A stretch of 32,000 bases of DNA from Candidatus Woesearchaeota archaeon (GCA_018302085.1 JAGWAF010000003.1:7242-39241), one strand, 5' to 3'. Numbered from the stretch's first letter, positions 8,429-16,722 are shown. Notes: a model not told the origin generated them from the sequence alone. Made by a program: numbers and translations.

Positions 8429-8732
8429 AAACAATTTTTCCGTAGAAAAGACCGCCTTTTGTGTCCATAAGATGACGCACGACATAAAGTGGATCAATGC
8501 CATTACGAGTTACTAAAAGATAAAATGCACATTCAGTATTTGACGCTCTTTCACTATGCAGGCGGTCGTATTCTCTTTTATCTGATAAAATAATAACATC
8601 ATACTTGGCTTTCTTAAAATACATACGCAGCAGCGCTCTTTCTAATTTACCAATTTCCGGCTGAGTAACTTCTCCACGAAGAATTCTCTCGTCATTATAT
8701 TTGTATGTTTCTTCCCTCTCCACCATACCCAA
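8397..8732 (-). CDS. Hypothetical protein
   Basis: 111-aa ORF in an otherwise empty gap. Its 3' end overlaps the convergent gene 7691-8428 by about 32 nt. No recognisable motif. Confidence 0.35.
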   Translation of the reverse strand: MGMVEREETYKYNDERILRGEVTQPEIGKLERALLRMYFKKAKYDVIILSDKREYDRLHSERASNTECAFYLLVTRNGIDPLYVVRHLMDTKGGLFYGKIVFMRQDKCRQP

Positions 8733-8778
8733 GGTAAAAAGACTCTGTTTTTAAAGGTTCACCATGAAAAATAGTTGA

Positions 8779-9330
8779 TCATTTTGTGAAAATGGACTTT
8801 CTATTCTGATTAAAAGTTTTATTGGTCAATGATACTAAAGAGCCCTCTATAAAGGTTATCGTCAAAACAATTGCAGCTAAATAAAATAAGACATCATTTG
8901 GCTCAAAAAATACTGCGTGGACTGCAAAGACAGAAATCAAAACAAAAGAAGCTTTACCAGAATACATATGATAATTTGTAAAAAGATGATACTTAACATA
9001 CCCGATGCTCATCTTCAGAAAAAATAAGATAATAACGACGATGATTATGGAAAGCATTTTACCAACAAAATCTGGAAACAATATCCAAAATAAAAAAATC
9101 AAAGACAAGTCTAGCAAAGTATCTGCCAAGCTATCAAACCAAGAACCAAAGTCACTCTCTTGCTTCAATTTTCTTGCAAAATAACCGTCTAAACCATCTG
9201 TTAAAGCTGCTAATGACAAAACAATGCCAAAAACAATTTTTAATTTTGAAAATGCCAAAAACCAAAGAACAGGTATGCACACTAAACGAAGAAGGGTAAA
9301 GTAATTAGGAACGTTGTTTTCCCATCTCAT
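8779..9330 (-). CDS. CDP-alcohol phosphatidyltransferase family protein
   Basis: Signature [30 protein letters not shown] (DGx2ARx8Gx3Dx3D). Multi-TM. 4-nt overlap with the leuS stop. Confidence 0.8.
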   Translation of the reverse strand: MRWENNVPNYFTLLRLVCIPVLWFLAFSKLKIVFGIVLSLAALTDGLDGYFARKLKQESDFGSWFDSLADTLLDLSLIFLFWILFPDFVGKMLSIIIVVIILFFLKMSIGYVKYHLFTNYHMYSGKASFVLISVFAVHAVFFEPNDVLFYLAAIVLTITFIEGSLVSLTNKTFNQNRKSIFTK

Positions 9331-12008
9331 GCTATAATGATACTCGGCTTTCCGGGCAATGCGGCTTTTGCTTTGGGCTCTTCTGTTTTTTCTGCGAGGA
9401 TGATGTGAATAGTAGCTTTATACTCTTTTGCAAAGAAGTCTTTTGCGTCCTGAAGTGTTTGAAGTTCTACATTTTGGTCTAAAATAATGGCAGGCATTTT
9501 CGAGGGATCTTTAATAAATTTCGGAATGAGCTTTGTAATTTCCTCGCCATGCTTTTTCAAATCACCCTGAAAAATTTCCTTCATGATCTCTCCTTGATTG
9601 TATGTTTTTTCAAGTGATTTTTTTAATTTTCCAATAAAAGTGTATTTCCATGTTGGGGCGACAAACAAGGTTATTTCTTTTGGCTCCCTAATTTTTGCCA
9701 AAGTCAAAACATTATTAATATCCGCCAAGGTATTAGAAACGAGCTCGTCTGCAGCCTCCGCTTGCTCATCGATTTTTGACTCATCATATTTTGGCCAATC
9801 ATGAAGGGAAATGAAAGGTTTATGACCTAATCTCTCCCACATTTCTTCTGCGAGATGGGAGGCAAACGGCGAAAGGAGAAGACAGAGTGTTTCCAAACAT
9901 GAACGATGCGTTTTCATATCCACAGGGTTCTCTCTATAACTGTTGAAATCGTTTACAAATTCCATTAATGTGCCAACTGCAAGGCTCAGCTTGAACTCTT
10001 CCATAAAATCTGTTACTTTCTTGATAGTACGATGAAGTTTTCCAAGTATTTTTTTATCTCTGTTTGTAACTTCCACTTTGTGGAATTCGGGTTGCTGTTC
10101 TACAAGATTCCAAACTCTGTTGAGGAATTTGAAACAGCCATGCACTCCTTGATCATTCCACTCCAACTCCTTTTCAGGCAATGCTGTGAAAAGAATGAAA
10201 AGTTTTGCAGTATCAGAACCGTACTTATTGATAATTTCAACAGGGTCAACAACATTGCCAATAGATTTTGACATCTTGGCACCATCTTTAATGACCATAC
10301 CCTGACAAAGGAGACGCTGGAAGGGCTCGTCGAAATCAATCAGTTTTAAATCTCTCAATGCTTTTGTGAAAAATCGTGAATACAACAAGTGAAGAATAGC
10401 GTGCTCAATGCCCCCTATATATTGATCGACAGGAAGCCAGTACCTTACCGCATTTTTGTCGAAGGGGATCTTATTTTCTTTAGGGGAACAATAACGTAGG
10501 AAATACCAGCTTGAATCAATAAAGGTGTCCATCGTATCCGTTTCTCGTCTTGCAGATTTCTTACACTTCGGACATTTTACGGCGTGGAAGGCTTTACTTT
10601 TTTCCAAAGGATTACCTTCGCCCGTAAATTTTACGTCTTTTGGCAAGAGAACTGGCAAGTCTTTTTCAGGAACAGGAAGCATACCACACTGATCACAGTA
10701 AAGTATGGGAATAGGAGTGCCCCAATATCTTTGTCGTGAAATAAGCCAATCACGCAATTTGTAATTTGTCTGCTTGACCCCCTCATTATTTTCAACAAGC
10801 CAATCAATGATCTTTGGGAGTGCCTGTCTATTTGGTAACCCTGAAAATTGCTTTGAATCGAATAAAATCCCATCACCGGTGTATGGTTTTTCTAACTTTT
10901 TCACTTCTTTTTCTTTTCCTGGAGGGGCAAGGACTGCTTTCAGAGGAATTTTATATTTTTTTGCAAAAGCGAAATCACGCTCATCATGCGCATTCGCCAT
11001 CACAATACCCGTACCATAATCAACTAAAGCGAAATTTGCCGTCCAGACAGGGATTTTTTCATTCGTTGCAGGGTTAATGACATAGATTCCGAGAAAAACA
11101 CCGTGCTTTTCTTTATGTTCAGCCGAGCGTTCTATTTCCGTTTCTTTTTTGACGTGTTCAAGAAATTCCTTTACCGTCTTTTCTTGTTTTGAACCCCTCA
11201 CAAGTTCTGCTACTAAGGGGTGTTCTGGAGCAATGACAATAAAAGTTGTACTGAAAATAGTATCAGGCCTTGTGGTGTACGCTGGAAGAATCGTATCCGC
11301 GCCACCTACCTTGAAAAAAATTTCTACACCCTCTGATTTTCCAATCCAATGTTCCTGCATGAGCTTCACTCTTTCTGGCCAGTGCTCAAGCTTTTTCAGA
11401 TCATTGAGAAGTTCTTCAGCATATGCTGTGATTTTCAAATACCACTGCGCAAGTTGTGTCTTTGCCACCTCATTCTTGCAGCGCCAACATTTGCCTTCTT
11501 CTACCTGCTCATTCGCGAGCACAGTTTTACAAGAATTACACCAATTCACCCACGATTCTTTTTTATACGCTAAACCCTTTTTAAGAAATTGAAGGAACAA
11601 CCACTGATTCCATTTGTAATATTCGGAATCGCACGTATTGACTTGACGTTCCCAATCGTAACTCCAACCCATCATCAACTGCTGCTCTTTAATCCCCTTG
11701 ATGTTATTGTACGTCCAGTCTGCAGGATTCACACCCTTCTTGATGGCCGCATTTTCAGCAGGCAAACCAAAAGCGTCATAACCCATGGGGTACAGAACAT
11801 TAAAACCGTGCATACGCTTATATCTCGTATACGCGTCTCCTATAGAATAATTCCTTACGTGACCCATATGGATATAGCCACTGGGGTACGGAAACATTTC
11901 TAAACAATAGAACTTAGGCTTTTTTGAGTTCTCAGAAACTCTAAAGATCTTTGCCTCATTCCAACGCCTTTGCCACTTGTCCTGCACTTGTTTAAAATCG
12001 ATAGGCAT
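9327..12008 (-). CDS. leuS: Leucyl-tRNA synthetase, bacterial-type sequence
   Basis: [51 protein letters not shown]. The N-terminal 250 aa align closely by eye with the E. coli-type LeuRS pattern, not the archaeal AFPYLSGxLHxGH type. Confidence 0.9.
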   Translation of the reverse strand: MPIDFKQVQDKWQRRWNEAKIFRVSENSKKPKFYCLEMFPYPSGYIHMGHVRNYSIGDAYTRYKRMHGFNVLYPMGYDAFGLPAENAAIKKGVNPADWTYNNIKGIKEQQLMMGWSYDWERQVNTCDSEYYKWNQWLFLQFLKKGLAYKKESWVNWCNSCKTVLANEQVEEGKCWRCKNEVAKTQLAQWYLKITAYAEELLNDLKKLEHWPERVKLMQEHWIGKSEGVEIFFKVGGADTILPAYTTRPDTIFSTTFIVIAPEHPLVAELVRGSKQEKTVKEFLEHVKKETEIERSAEHKEKHGVFLGIYVINPATNEKIPVWTANFALVDYGTGIVMANAHDERDFAFAKKYKIPLKAVLAPPGKEKEVKKLEKPYTGDGILFDSKQFSGLPNRQALPKIIDWLVENNEGVKQTNYKLRDWLISRQRYWGTPIPILYCDQCGMLPVPEKDLPVLLPKDVKFTGEGNPLEKSKAFHAVKCPKCKKSARRETDTMDTFIDSSWYFLRYCSPKENKIPFDKNAVRYWLPVDQYIGGIEHAILHLLYSRFFTKALRDLKLIDFDEPFQRLLCQGMVIKDGAKMSKSIGNVVDPVEIINKYGSDTAKLFILFTALPEKELEWNDQGVHGCFKFLNRVWNLVEQQPEFHKVEVTNRDKKILGKLHRTIKKVTDFMEEFKLSLAVGTLMEFVNDFNSYRENPVDMKTHRSCLETLCLLLSPFASHLAEEMWERLGHKPFISLHDWPKYDESKIDEQAEAADELVSNTLADINNVLTLAKIREPKEITLFVAPTWKYTFIGKLKKSLEKTYNQGEIMKEIFQGDLKKHGEEITKLIPKFIKDPSKMPAIILDQNVELQTLQDAKDFFAKEYKATIHIILAEKTEEPKAKAALPGKPSIIIA

Positions 12009-12114
12009 AGAGTATGAGGATAGTTATCTCTTTTTAAATTTGATGTTGAAAAGGCACTGTAGAAAGTGATGGGTGAAGCAAAACATTTATATTTGACAAG
12101 ATGAAGAAAAGGCT

Positions 12115-13146
12115 ATGCTTGCCAATGTTGAAACTTTGAAGCAGTTGATTAATATTCTAGGTCCCTGCGGAATGGAGCAGCTTGTACGGAATTTTATTTC
12201 TAAAAATATCAGAAAACATGTCGATGAAGTTTACGTGGACAAGTTTGGAAATCTTGTTTGCCATCAGAAGGGTAAGGGGGACAAGATCATGCTTGCTGCG
12301 CACATGGACGAGATAGGACTCATGGTGAAAGCAATACGCCTTGATGGTAGGATGAAAATTGCAACTATTGGAACCTGGGAACCTGCAAGCTTATTGGGGC
12401 AGAGCGTGAGCTTAATTGACGATAATGCGAATCTTATTTGTGATGGGGTGTTAACAACCGAGGAGATTCATGAAGACTTCCCCATAGAAAAAGTTCCTTT
12501 GATTGATGACGTCTATATTGATGCAGGGGTGGATGAGCAAGCCCTCATAAAAAAAGGAGTGAGAGTAGGAACGTTCGCGGTTCCAAAACATTCTGCAAAA
12601 TTTTTAGGCTCAGAATCATACATTTCTGGAAAAGGAATAGACGATCGTGTCGGATGCTTTATTTTGATGGAATTAGCAAAGCTTACTCAGAATTTGAAGC
12701 GTGACATTTACTACGTGTTTACAGTGCAAGAGGAGATAGGAATGTATGGAGCGCAAACATGCGTGGATTGCATCGACCCTGATTGGGGAATTGCCGTGGA
12801 CGTTACTAATAGCCTAGATGCGATGAATCCTAAATCCTACATTTTGGGAAATGGGCCCTGCGTTACAGCAATGGACACTGAGATGATTGCAAGTTCGTGC
12901 TTGAACAGCCACTTAATGGAAGTTGCCAAGAAAAACAAAATTCCCTTCCAAATGAAAGTTGAAGAAGGGGGAACAACGGATGCGACACGTATTCGACTTG
13001 CAAGGGGCGGAATCCCCGCAACAACGGTTGGGGTAGCTGTGCGAAATTTACATTCCACGATTAGCATCGCTAATACGAATGATATTAAAAACTGCATTGC
13101 ATTACTGTTTGCATTCTTGAAAAGCCCACCGAAGTGTAGAGTGTGA
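12115..13146 (+). CDS. M42 family (TET/FrvX-type) aminopeptidase
   Basis: LAAHMDEIGLMV, GKGIDDRVGC, FTVQEEIGMYGA. Typical M42 metal-ligand motifs. Confidence 0.8.
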   Translation: MLANVETLKQLINILGPCGMEQLVRNFISKNIRKHVDEVYVDKFGNLVCHQKGKGDKIMLAAHMDEIGLMVKAIRLDGRMKIATIGTWEPASLLGQSVSLIDDNANLICDGVLTTEEIHEDFPIEKVPLIDDVYIDAGVDEQALIKKGVRVGTFAVPKHSAKFLGSESYISGKGIDDRVGCFILMELAKLTQNLKRDIYYVFTVQEEIGMYGAQTCVDCIDPDWGIAVDVTNSLDAMNPKSYILGNGPCVTAMDTEMIASSCLNSHLMEVAKKNKIPFQMKVEEGGTTDATRIRLARGGIPATTVGVAVRNLHSTISIANTNDIKNCIALLFAFLKSPPKCRV

Positions 13147-13153
13147 AAGATTC

Positions 13154-13918
13154 CTAGGGTTTAAGCTTATCCCACAACTGATCGAAGACTTGTTCAAAAG
13201 CTTCAGCGAAAACCTCGTCATCTAGTATAAATGCTCTGGGTGCATTGCGAGTGATGTACATAATAAAGAATTTTTTACCCATGACACCCCACTGTGCCTC
13301 GTTTCTCAAATCGGCGTAACGAACTTCCGCATTTTGCCTTTTTCTTTTCTCCCCATGGGCACGATCGGCGAATGGTAGAATTAACTTATACCCTATCTTA
13401 CGTTTAAGCCTAACTTTATGAAATTCATCATAGAATGGAATTAATGGCTGGTACGCCTCTGGCCTTGCACCGTATATTTTTAAAAACTTTCCTTTGTCTA
13501 AAGAATGCAAATCATCCCTCAATTCGTGCCACATAGATTTTACGCCATTCAACCCTTCATAATAACGATATTTGGAAAAAGGCTCTTCGAGAGGCTTTAC
13601 TTTTTTAAGACTCTCAACAAGATCATTAATCTGCTTCCTTTCCTGCTCAAGCAATTTAACTTTTTCTACGAAAAGGTCATTCAGAATTTCAGGAGAAGAA
13701 GCGACGAAGATTCTTATATTGTTTTGCAATCGATAACTTACAAGACCTTTTTTTATGAGAGTATCAAGGATAGGATAGATATTGGAACTCGCGATCTTCG
13801 CCTTTTTACAAATCTCCCCTGTTTTCGCCTCCTTCAACTCAAGCAAAGCCATATAGACACGAGTTTCTGGGACTGTCAGACCAATTTTCTGCAGGATTAA
13901 TTCATACGCTTTATTCAT
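13154..13918 (-). CDS. TrmB-family transcriptional regulator (paralogue 1)
   Basis: N-terminal wHTH LTVPETRVYMALLELKEAKTGEICKKAKIASSNIYPILDTLIKKGLVSY. About 250 aa, with the coiled linker typical of the TrmB family. Confidence 0.75.
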   Translation of the reverse strand: MNKAYELILQKIGLTVPETRVYMALLELKEAKTGEICKKAKIASSNIYPILDTLIKKGLVSYRLQNNIRIFVASSPEILNDLFVEKVKLLEQERKQINDLVESLKKVKPLEEPFSKYRYYEGLNGVKSMWHELRDDLHSLDKGKFLKIYGARPEAYQPLIPFYDEFHKVRLKRKIGYKLILPFADRAHGEKRKRQNAEVRYADLRNEAQWGVMGKKFFIMYITRNAPRAFILDDEVFAEAFEQVFDQLWDKLKP

Positions 13919-13955
13919 ACTCCTATACTAGATAGTAGGAGATATTTAAATGTTA
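13904..13955 (-). promoter_or_regulatory. Leaderless promoter plus palindromic candidate operator of TrmB paralogue 1 (copy 1 of a direct repeat)
   Basis: TATA atatttaaat (13942-13951) lies about 28 nt from the ATG at 13918. Palindrome CTCCTA-N10-TAGGAG (13920-13941) sits between the TATA and the start. Near-identical sequence at 14897-14945. Confidence 0.6.
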
Positions 13956-13975
13956 TCCATTTTTATCTAAAGTCG

Positions 13976-14686
13976 TTATTGTTTTGCCGTTTTCCATAAC
14001 AATTCAAAATGTTTTTTAAAACTGTCTGCTAATTGTTTTGATTTTATTCTTATCGCAATCATTTCCGGTTCCCAAATCAAATTTAATAGTATATCATTGT
14101 AACACAAATTAATTGTGACACTCTTAAATTCTTTGGGCAGGTATTTTATTTGATAAAATTTAGATGGAGGTGGAATAGTTTTTTCAGTGAAAATAACCCT
14201 ATGCTTAATTTGATGTTTTGTTTGCTCCCTGAGATAATACTCGGCAAATTCAGGTAAAAACTTGCGTAGCTGTCCTGAGATGCTATATCCCAACACTTCC
14301 TCTTTTTTAACAAGGATATCTTTGAGCACAGACTTCATTCCTTGTTTTCCTTTAAAAACCTCTACAGTTACATTTTCAGGAATTTTCGGTCTAATCTCTT
14401 TTAACTCAGGAATCATCTTGGTTACAACTTCTTCCTGCTCTTTTAGGTAATTCAAAAGACTTTCAGGATCTGTAGCGCGAAAGAACTGCTTATTCTCTTT
14501 TAATAGAAATGCAACAATGCCCATCGCTTTTAGCTTCTCTAAACTATCGTAAATGTTTGTTCTATGCAATCCTGAATTTTTGCTTATCTCCGCAACAGTA
14601 GCTTCTCCCAATTTCAACAATGTTAAATATATCTTTGCTTCGCTGTCAGAGAGTCCAATACCCCTAAGCTTTTCAATATCAACCAT
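13976..14686 (-). CDS. TrmB-family transcriptional regulator (paralogue 2)
   Basis: N-terminal wHTH LSDSEAKIYLTLLKLGEATVAEISKNSGLHRTNIYDSLEKLKAMGIVAF. Own TATA (rc acttaaatag, 14707-14716) about 26 nt upstream of the ATG. Confidence 0.75.
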   Translation of the reverse strand: MVDIEKLRGIGLSDSEAKIYLTLLKLGEATVAEISKNSGLHRTNIYDSLEKLKAMGIVAFLLKENKQFFRATDPESLLNYLKEQEEVVTKMIPELKEIRPKIPENVTVEVFKGKQGMKSVLKDILVKKEEVLGYSISGQLRKFLPEFAEYYLREQTKHQIKHRVIFTEKTIPPPSKFYQIKYLPKEFKSVTINLCYNDILLNLIWEPEMIAIRIKSKQLADSFKKHFELLWKTAKQ

Positions 14687-14896
14687 AAGCGTTATGGCCT
14701 GTTTATCTATTTAAGTATTTCGTCTTTTTTTAGACATGCACCTATAGGCAATCACAGAGGCTTCCTATTTGTCTTAAAATAGACAACTGATTCTTAAAAG
14801 TACTGCACTTTCAAAGAAGATAAGTGATTCATTATGGCGGTGAACAAAATTGATACCATCGGTTTTGAAGATGCCGAGAATTCGTATGAATGATTT

Positions 14897-14945
14897 ATAC
14901 GCTTTACTACTCCTATACTAGATAGTAGGAGATATTTAAATGTTA
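14897..14945 (+). promoter_or_regulatory. Copy 2 of the TrmB1 promoter/operator repeat, positioned to drive the 14978-16722 operon
   Basis: Identical to copy 1 over 'atacgcttta' and the final 35 nt 'tcctatactagatagtaggagatatttaaatgtta'. The short segment between them differs (ttcatac in copy 1, ctac in copy 2), which removes the ATG. TATA at 14932-14941 lies about 35-45 nt upstream of the ATGs at 14978/14987. GGTGA at 14973-14977. Confidence 0.5.
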
Positions 14946-14977
14946 CCTGCCGAATATAGAATAAGCATGAAAGGTGA

Positions 14978-15583
14978 ATGATCTTTATGACTTTAGAACT
15001 CCAACATACAAAAATGCCATACAGTATCGACGTACCAAATGTAGGTACTATTCTTTATAGTGCTGCTTCTATTGATTATCTTTCTCATCCTGAAGCTGTA
15101 GCTTATGCTCGAAAGCAAGGTGGAAATTTAGCTAGTCTTGCACAGTTAGGTTTTTTCAAAGCTGCTAGATTTCAACCAACTTTTATCCTTATCGATAGGG
15201 CGCGTGATTGGCCTCAACCTGGTGCTGATTGGCGTCATTCTGGTACATTGGTCTCATATGGTGATGGCGTAATGCGTCCTTGGGAGCCTGATCAAGATAC
15301 TCTTGAAAGGATTTCACAAGCAGGTTATGAAGCGAGTAGTAAAGGAGATGAGCTTATTTATGATTTACGAAGTGAAACAAAAGATCCTGTTGTTCTTGCA
15401 ATAAGAAAAGCATGGATTGAAGGGATAAAAAGACAAGCACTATTACCTACACAAAATTGGAACGAATTAAGCCTGCTTCCGGCGGAAAGTTCTGCTTTTG
15501 AAACTTGTGATATCACACAAGCATTAATGCAACAAGGAGCACATTATCTTGCTGACGATCTCAGAAGTGAAAGAAAGGGATAG
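14978..15583 (+). CDS. Unrecognised accessory-island ORF with a C-type-lectin/FGE-like helix signature; possibly the body of a variable protein, split from its C-terminus by a -1 frame change
   Basis: 201-aa ORF. YLSHPEAVAYARKQGGNLASLAQLGFFKAAR resembles the sW.eA.aY..W.G.rLPTeaEwe.AAR / W.EA...C...GG.LASI motif of CLec/FGE folds. The alternative start at ATG 14987 has better SD spacing. Ends in AAAGGGA-TAG. Confidence 0.5.
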   Translation: MIFMTLELQHTKMPYSIDVPNVGTILYSAASIDYLSHPEAVAYARKQGGNLASLAQLGFFKAARFQPTFILIDRARDWPQPGADWRHSGTLVSYGDGVMRPWEPDQDTLERISQAGYEASSKGDELIYDLRSETKDPVVLAIRKAWIEGIKRQALLPTQNWNELSLLPAESSAFETCDITQALMQQGAHYLADDLRSERKG

Positions 15584-15606
15584 TTTATTGTTTAATCGCA
15601 AAGGAC

Positions 15607-15789
15607 TTGACAGAAGCTGGTCTAGAGGCTGGAGACGGAAAAGTACTCATCCGTCCTTCCCGTCTTGGCTACGACCGCACCTACTCCGACTACGTTGGTG
15701 TTGTTGCTTGCGGCCAGTTCGGTCGCAAGGGGTGGGCTCGCGCGGTAGCCGAGGCGCCGAAAAGTCCCAGTGAAAAACAAGGTGAGTGA
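15607..15789 (+). CDS. Tyr/Asp/Ser/Gly-rich variable-repeat-like C-terminal module (frame -1 relative to 14978-15583; frame open from 15568)
   Basis: Only a TTG start. 19 of 20 codons in 15667-15726 end in C or T (9 consecutive NNC, then 5 NNT). Locally very GC-rich. Scaffold VLIRPS...GWARAV. GTGA start/stop overlap with the next ORF. Confidence 0.45.
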   Translation: MTEAGLEAGDGKVLIRPSRLGYDRTYSDYVGVVACGQFGRKGWARAVAEAPKSPSEKQGE

Positions 15790-16190
15790 AAATGGTTAAT
15801 GTACAAAGACATACAAGATATGGTATTACCATGGTCGATGCACACTCGCTTGCTCATCGGTGCAAATATGGTGATTTGTGGAGTGCTGATGAAGCCATTG
15901 AGTGGATTGCACAGACACCCTGCACAGGAAGGGTTGAAGAATGCGACCCGACGTATAGCCCGATTATCACATGCACGACAGGTATTTATTATGCTGAATC
16001 TGGAGAGATCATTGTTTCATACGTTGACGATAAAGATGGTGCCCTCGCATCACTCGTTGGAAGTACCGTAATTAAAGATCGTGACGATATCCGCGCAGCT
16101 TTGAGAGAAGCTCGAGAAAGAACAACCAGCCCGCCCTGGAGAAGCATATGGAACAGTTCTGACACCAGAAACACTATTTCCGACATATGA
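15786..16190 (+). CDS. Hypothetical protein (accessory island)
   Basis: 134-aa ORF (GTG 15786 or ATG 15792), translationally coupled to the upstream ORF. No recognised domain. The last 25 aa or so look non-protein-like, while the +1 frame is open and protein-like from 16105. Confidence 0.45.
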   Translation: MKMVNVQRHTRYGITMVDAHSLAHRCKYGDLWSADEAIEWIAQTPCTGRVEECDPTYSPIITCTTGIYYAESGEIIVSYVDDKDGALASLVGSTVIKDRDDIRAALREARERTTSPPWRSIWNSSDTRNTISDI

Positions 16191-16197
16191 TATTAAA

Positions 16198-16722
16198 TTG
16201 TTAAATGAAGGGTTAAAGTCGTTAAAGTCGTCGTTGTCCGATGAAAATAAAGCAAGGGTACATGCTGTTGCGATTTATATTAAATATGATATAGTGGACC
16301 AAGACACCGACTCAATAGGGTATATCATTGACGCGAGGATTTCTGGCCCTTTTGGTGATGTGTTACTCGGAACAGGCAGTGCGGGCACGCGCAACACGCA
16401 AGACGCTACGAAAGGTTTGGAAGAAAAGGTTCACACCTCTCACTTCGTGCTTGAAGGGGCATGGCGAACATTAGTACTAGGAGGGGTGGCAAAATTAGAC
16501 TCAATGCTACCAGAAACATTGACGAAAGAGCTAGAGGACGCACGCAGAGAAGCAAGAGACGCACTTTCAGATTACATTTCAGTTGAAAAAGATGAAGAAA
16601 GAAGGGGTTTAGCAGAAGAGCTTAGAGAATCGTTGGGATCTAATAAAATGAACGGGCAGGGAGGATTAGGAGAAGCGATTAAACTTTTCACTTTGTTTGG
16701 AAGAACACTTGAAAAAGAATGA
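16198..16722 (+). CDS. Hypothetical protein (accessory island); may be the continuation of 15786-16190 after a +1 frame change
   Basis: Only a TTG start. The same frame is open back to 16105 (EKLEKEQPARPGEAYGTVLTPETLFPTYDIKLLNEG...). Helical, acidic C-terminal half. No recognised domain. Confidence 0.45.
   Translation: MLNEGLKSLKSSLSDENKARVHAVAIYIKYDIVDQDTDSIGYIIDARISGPFGDVLLGTGSAGTRNTQDATKGLEEKVHTSHFVLEGAWRTLVLGGVAKLDSMLPETLTKELEDARREARDALSDYISVEKDEERRGLAEELRESLGSNKMNGQGGLGEAIKLFTLFGRTLEKE

Noticed and set aside
9598-11903. Plus-strand ORFs (9598-9804, 10032-10271, 10774-11077, 11149-11592, 11349-11573, 11589-11903) and minus-strand alternative-frame ORFs (10100-10339, 10631-10876) inside leuS
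   Set aside because: All lie antisense or out of frame within a strongly supported 893-aa LeuRS gene and have low-complexity composition. They are frame shadows.
14834-14893. 19-codon ORF MAVNKIDTIGFEDAENSYE between TrmB2 and repeat copy 2
   Set aside because: It is too short to support without conservation or expression data. The region also reads on the other strand as a decayed continuation of the duplicated TrmB1 5' end.
15549-15832. ORFs 15549-15773 (+) and 15647-15832 (-)
   Set aside because: These are alternative frames of the GC-rich variable-like tract. They are Arg/Cys/Ser-rich with no start context, and are artefacts of high local GC.
16010-16030. SYVDD in the 134-aa ORF as a reverse-transcriptase YxDD motif
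   Set aside because: The residues after DD are polar (KDGA) rather than hydrophobic. No RT motifs 1-4 or 6-7 are present in any frame of 15790-16720. Even the fused ORF lacks the finger and palm patterns.
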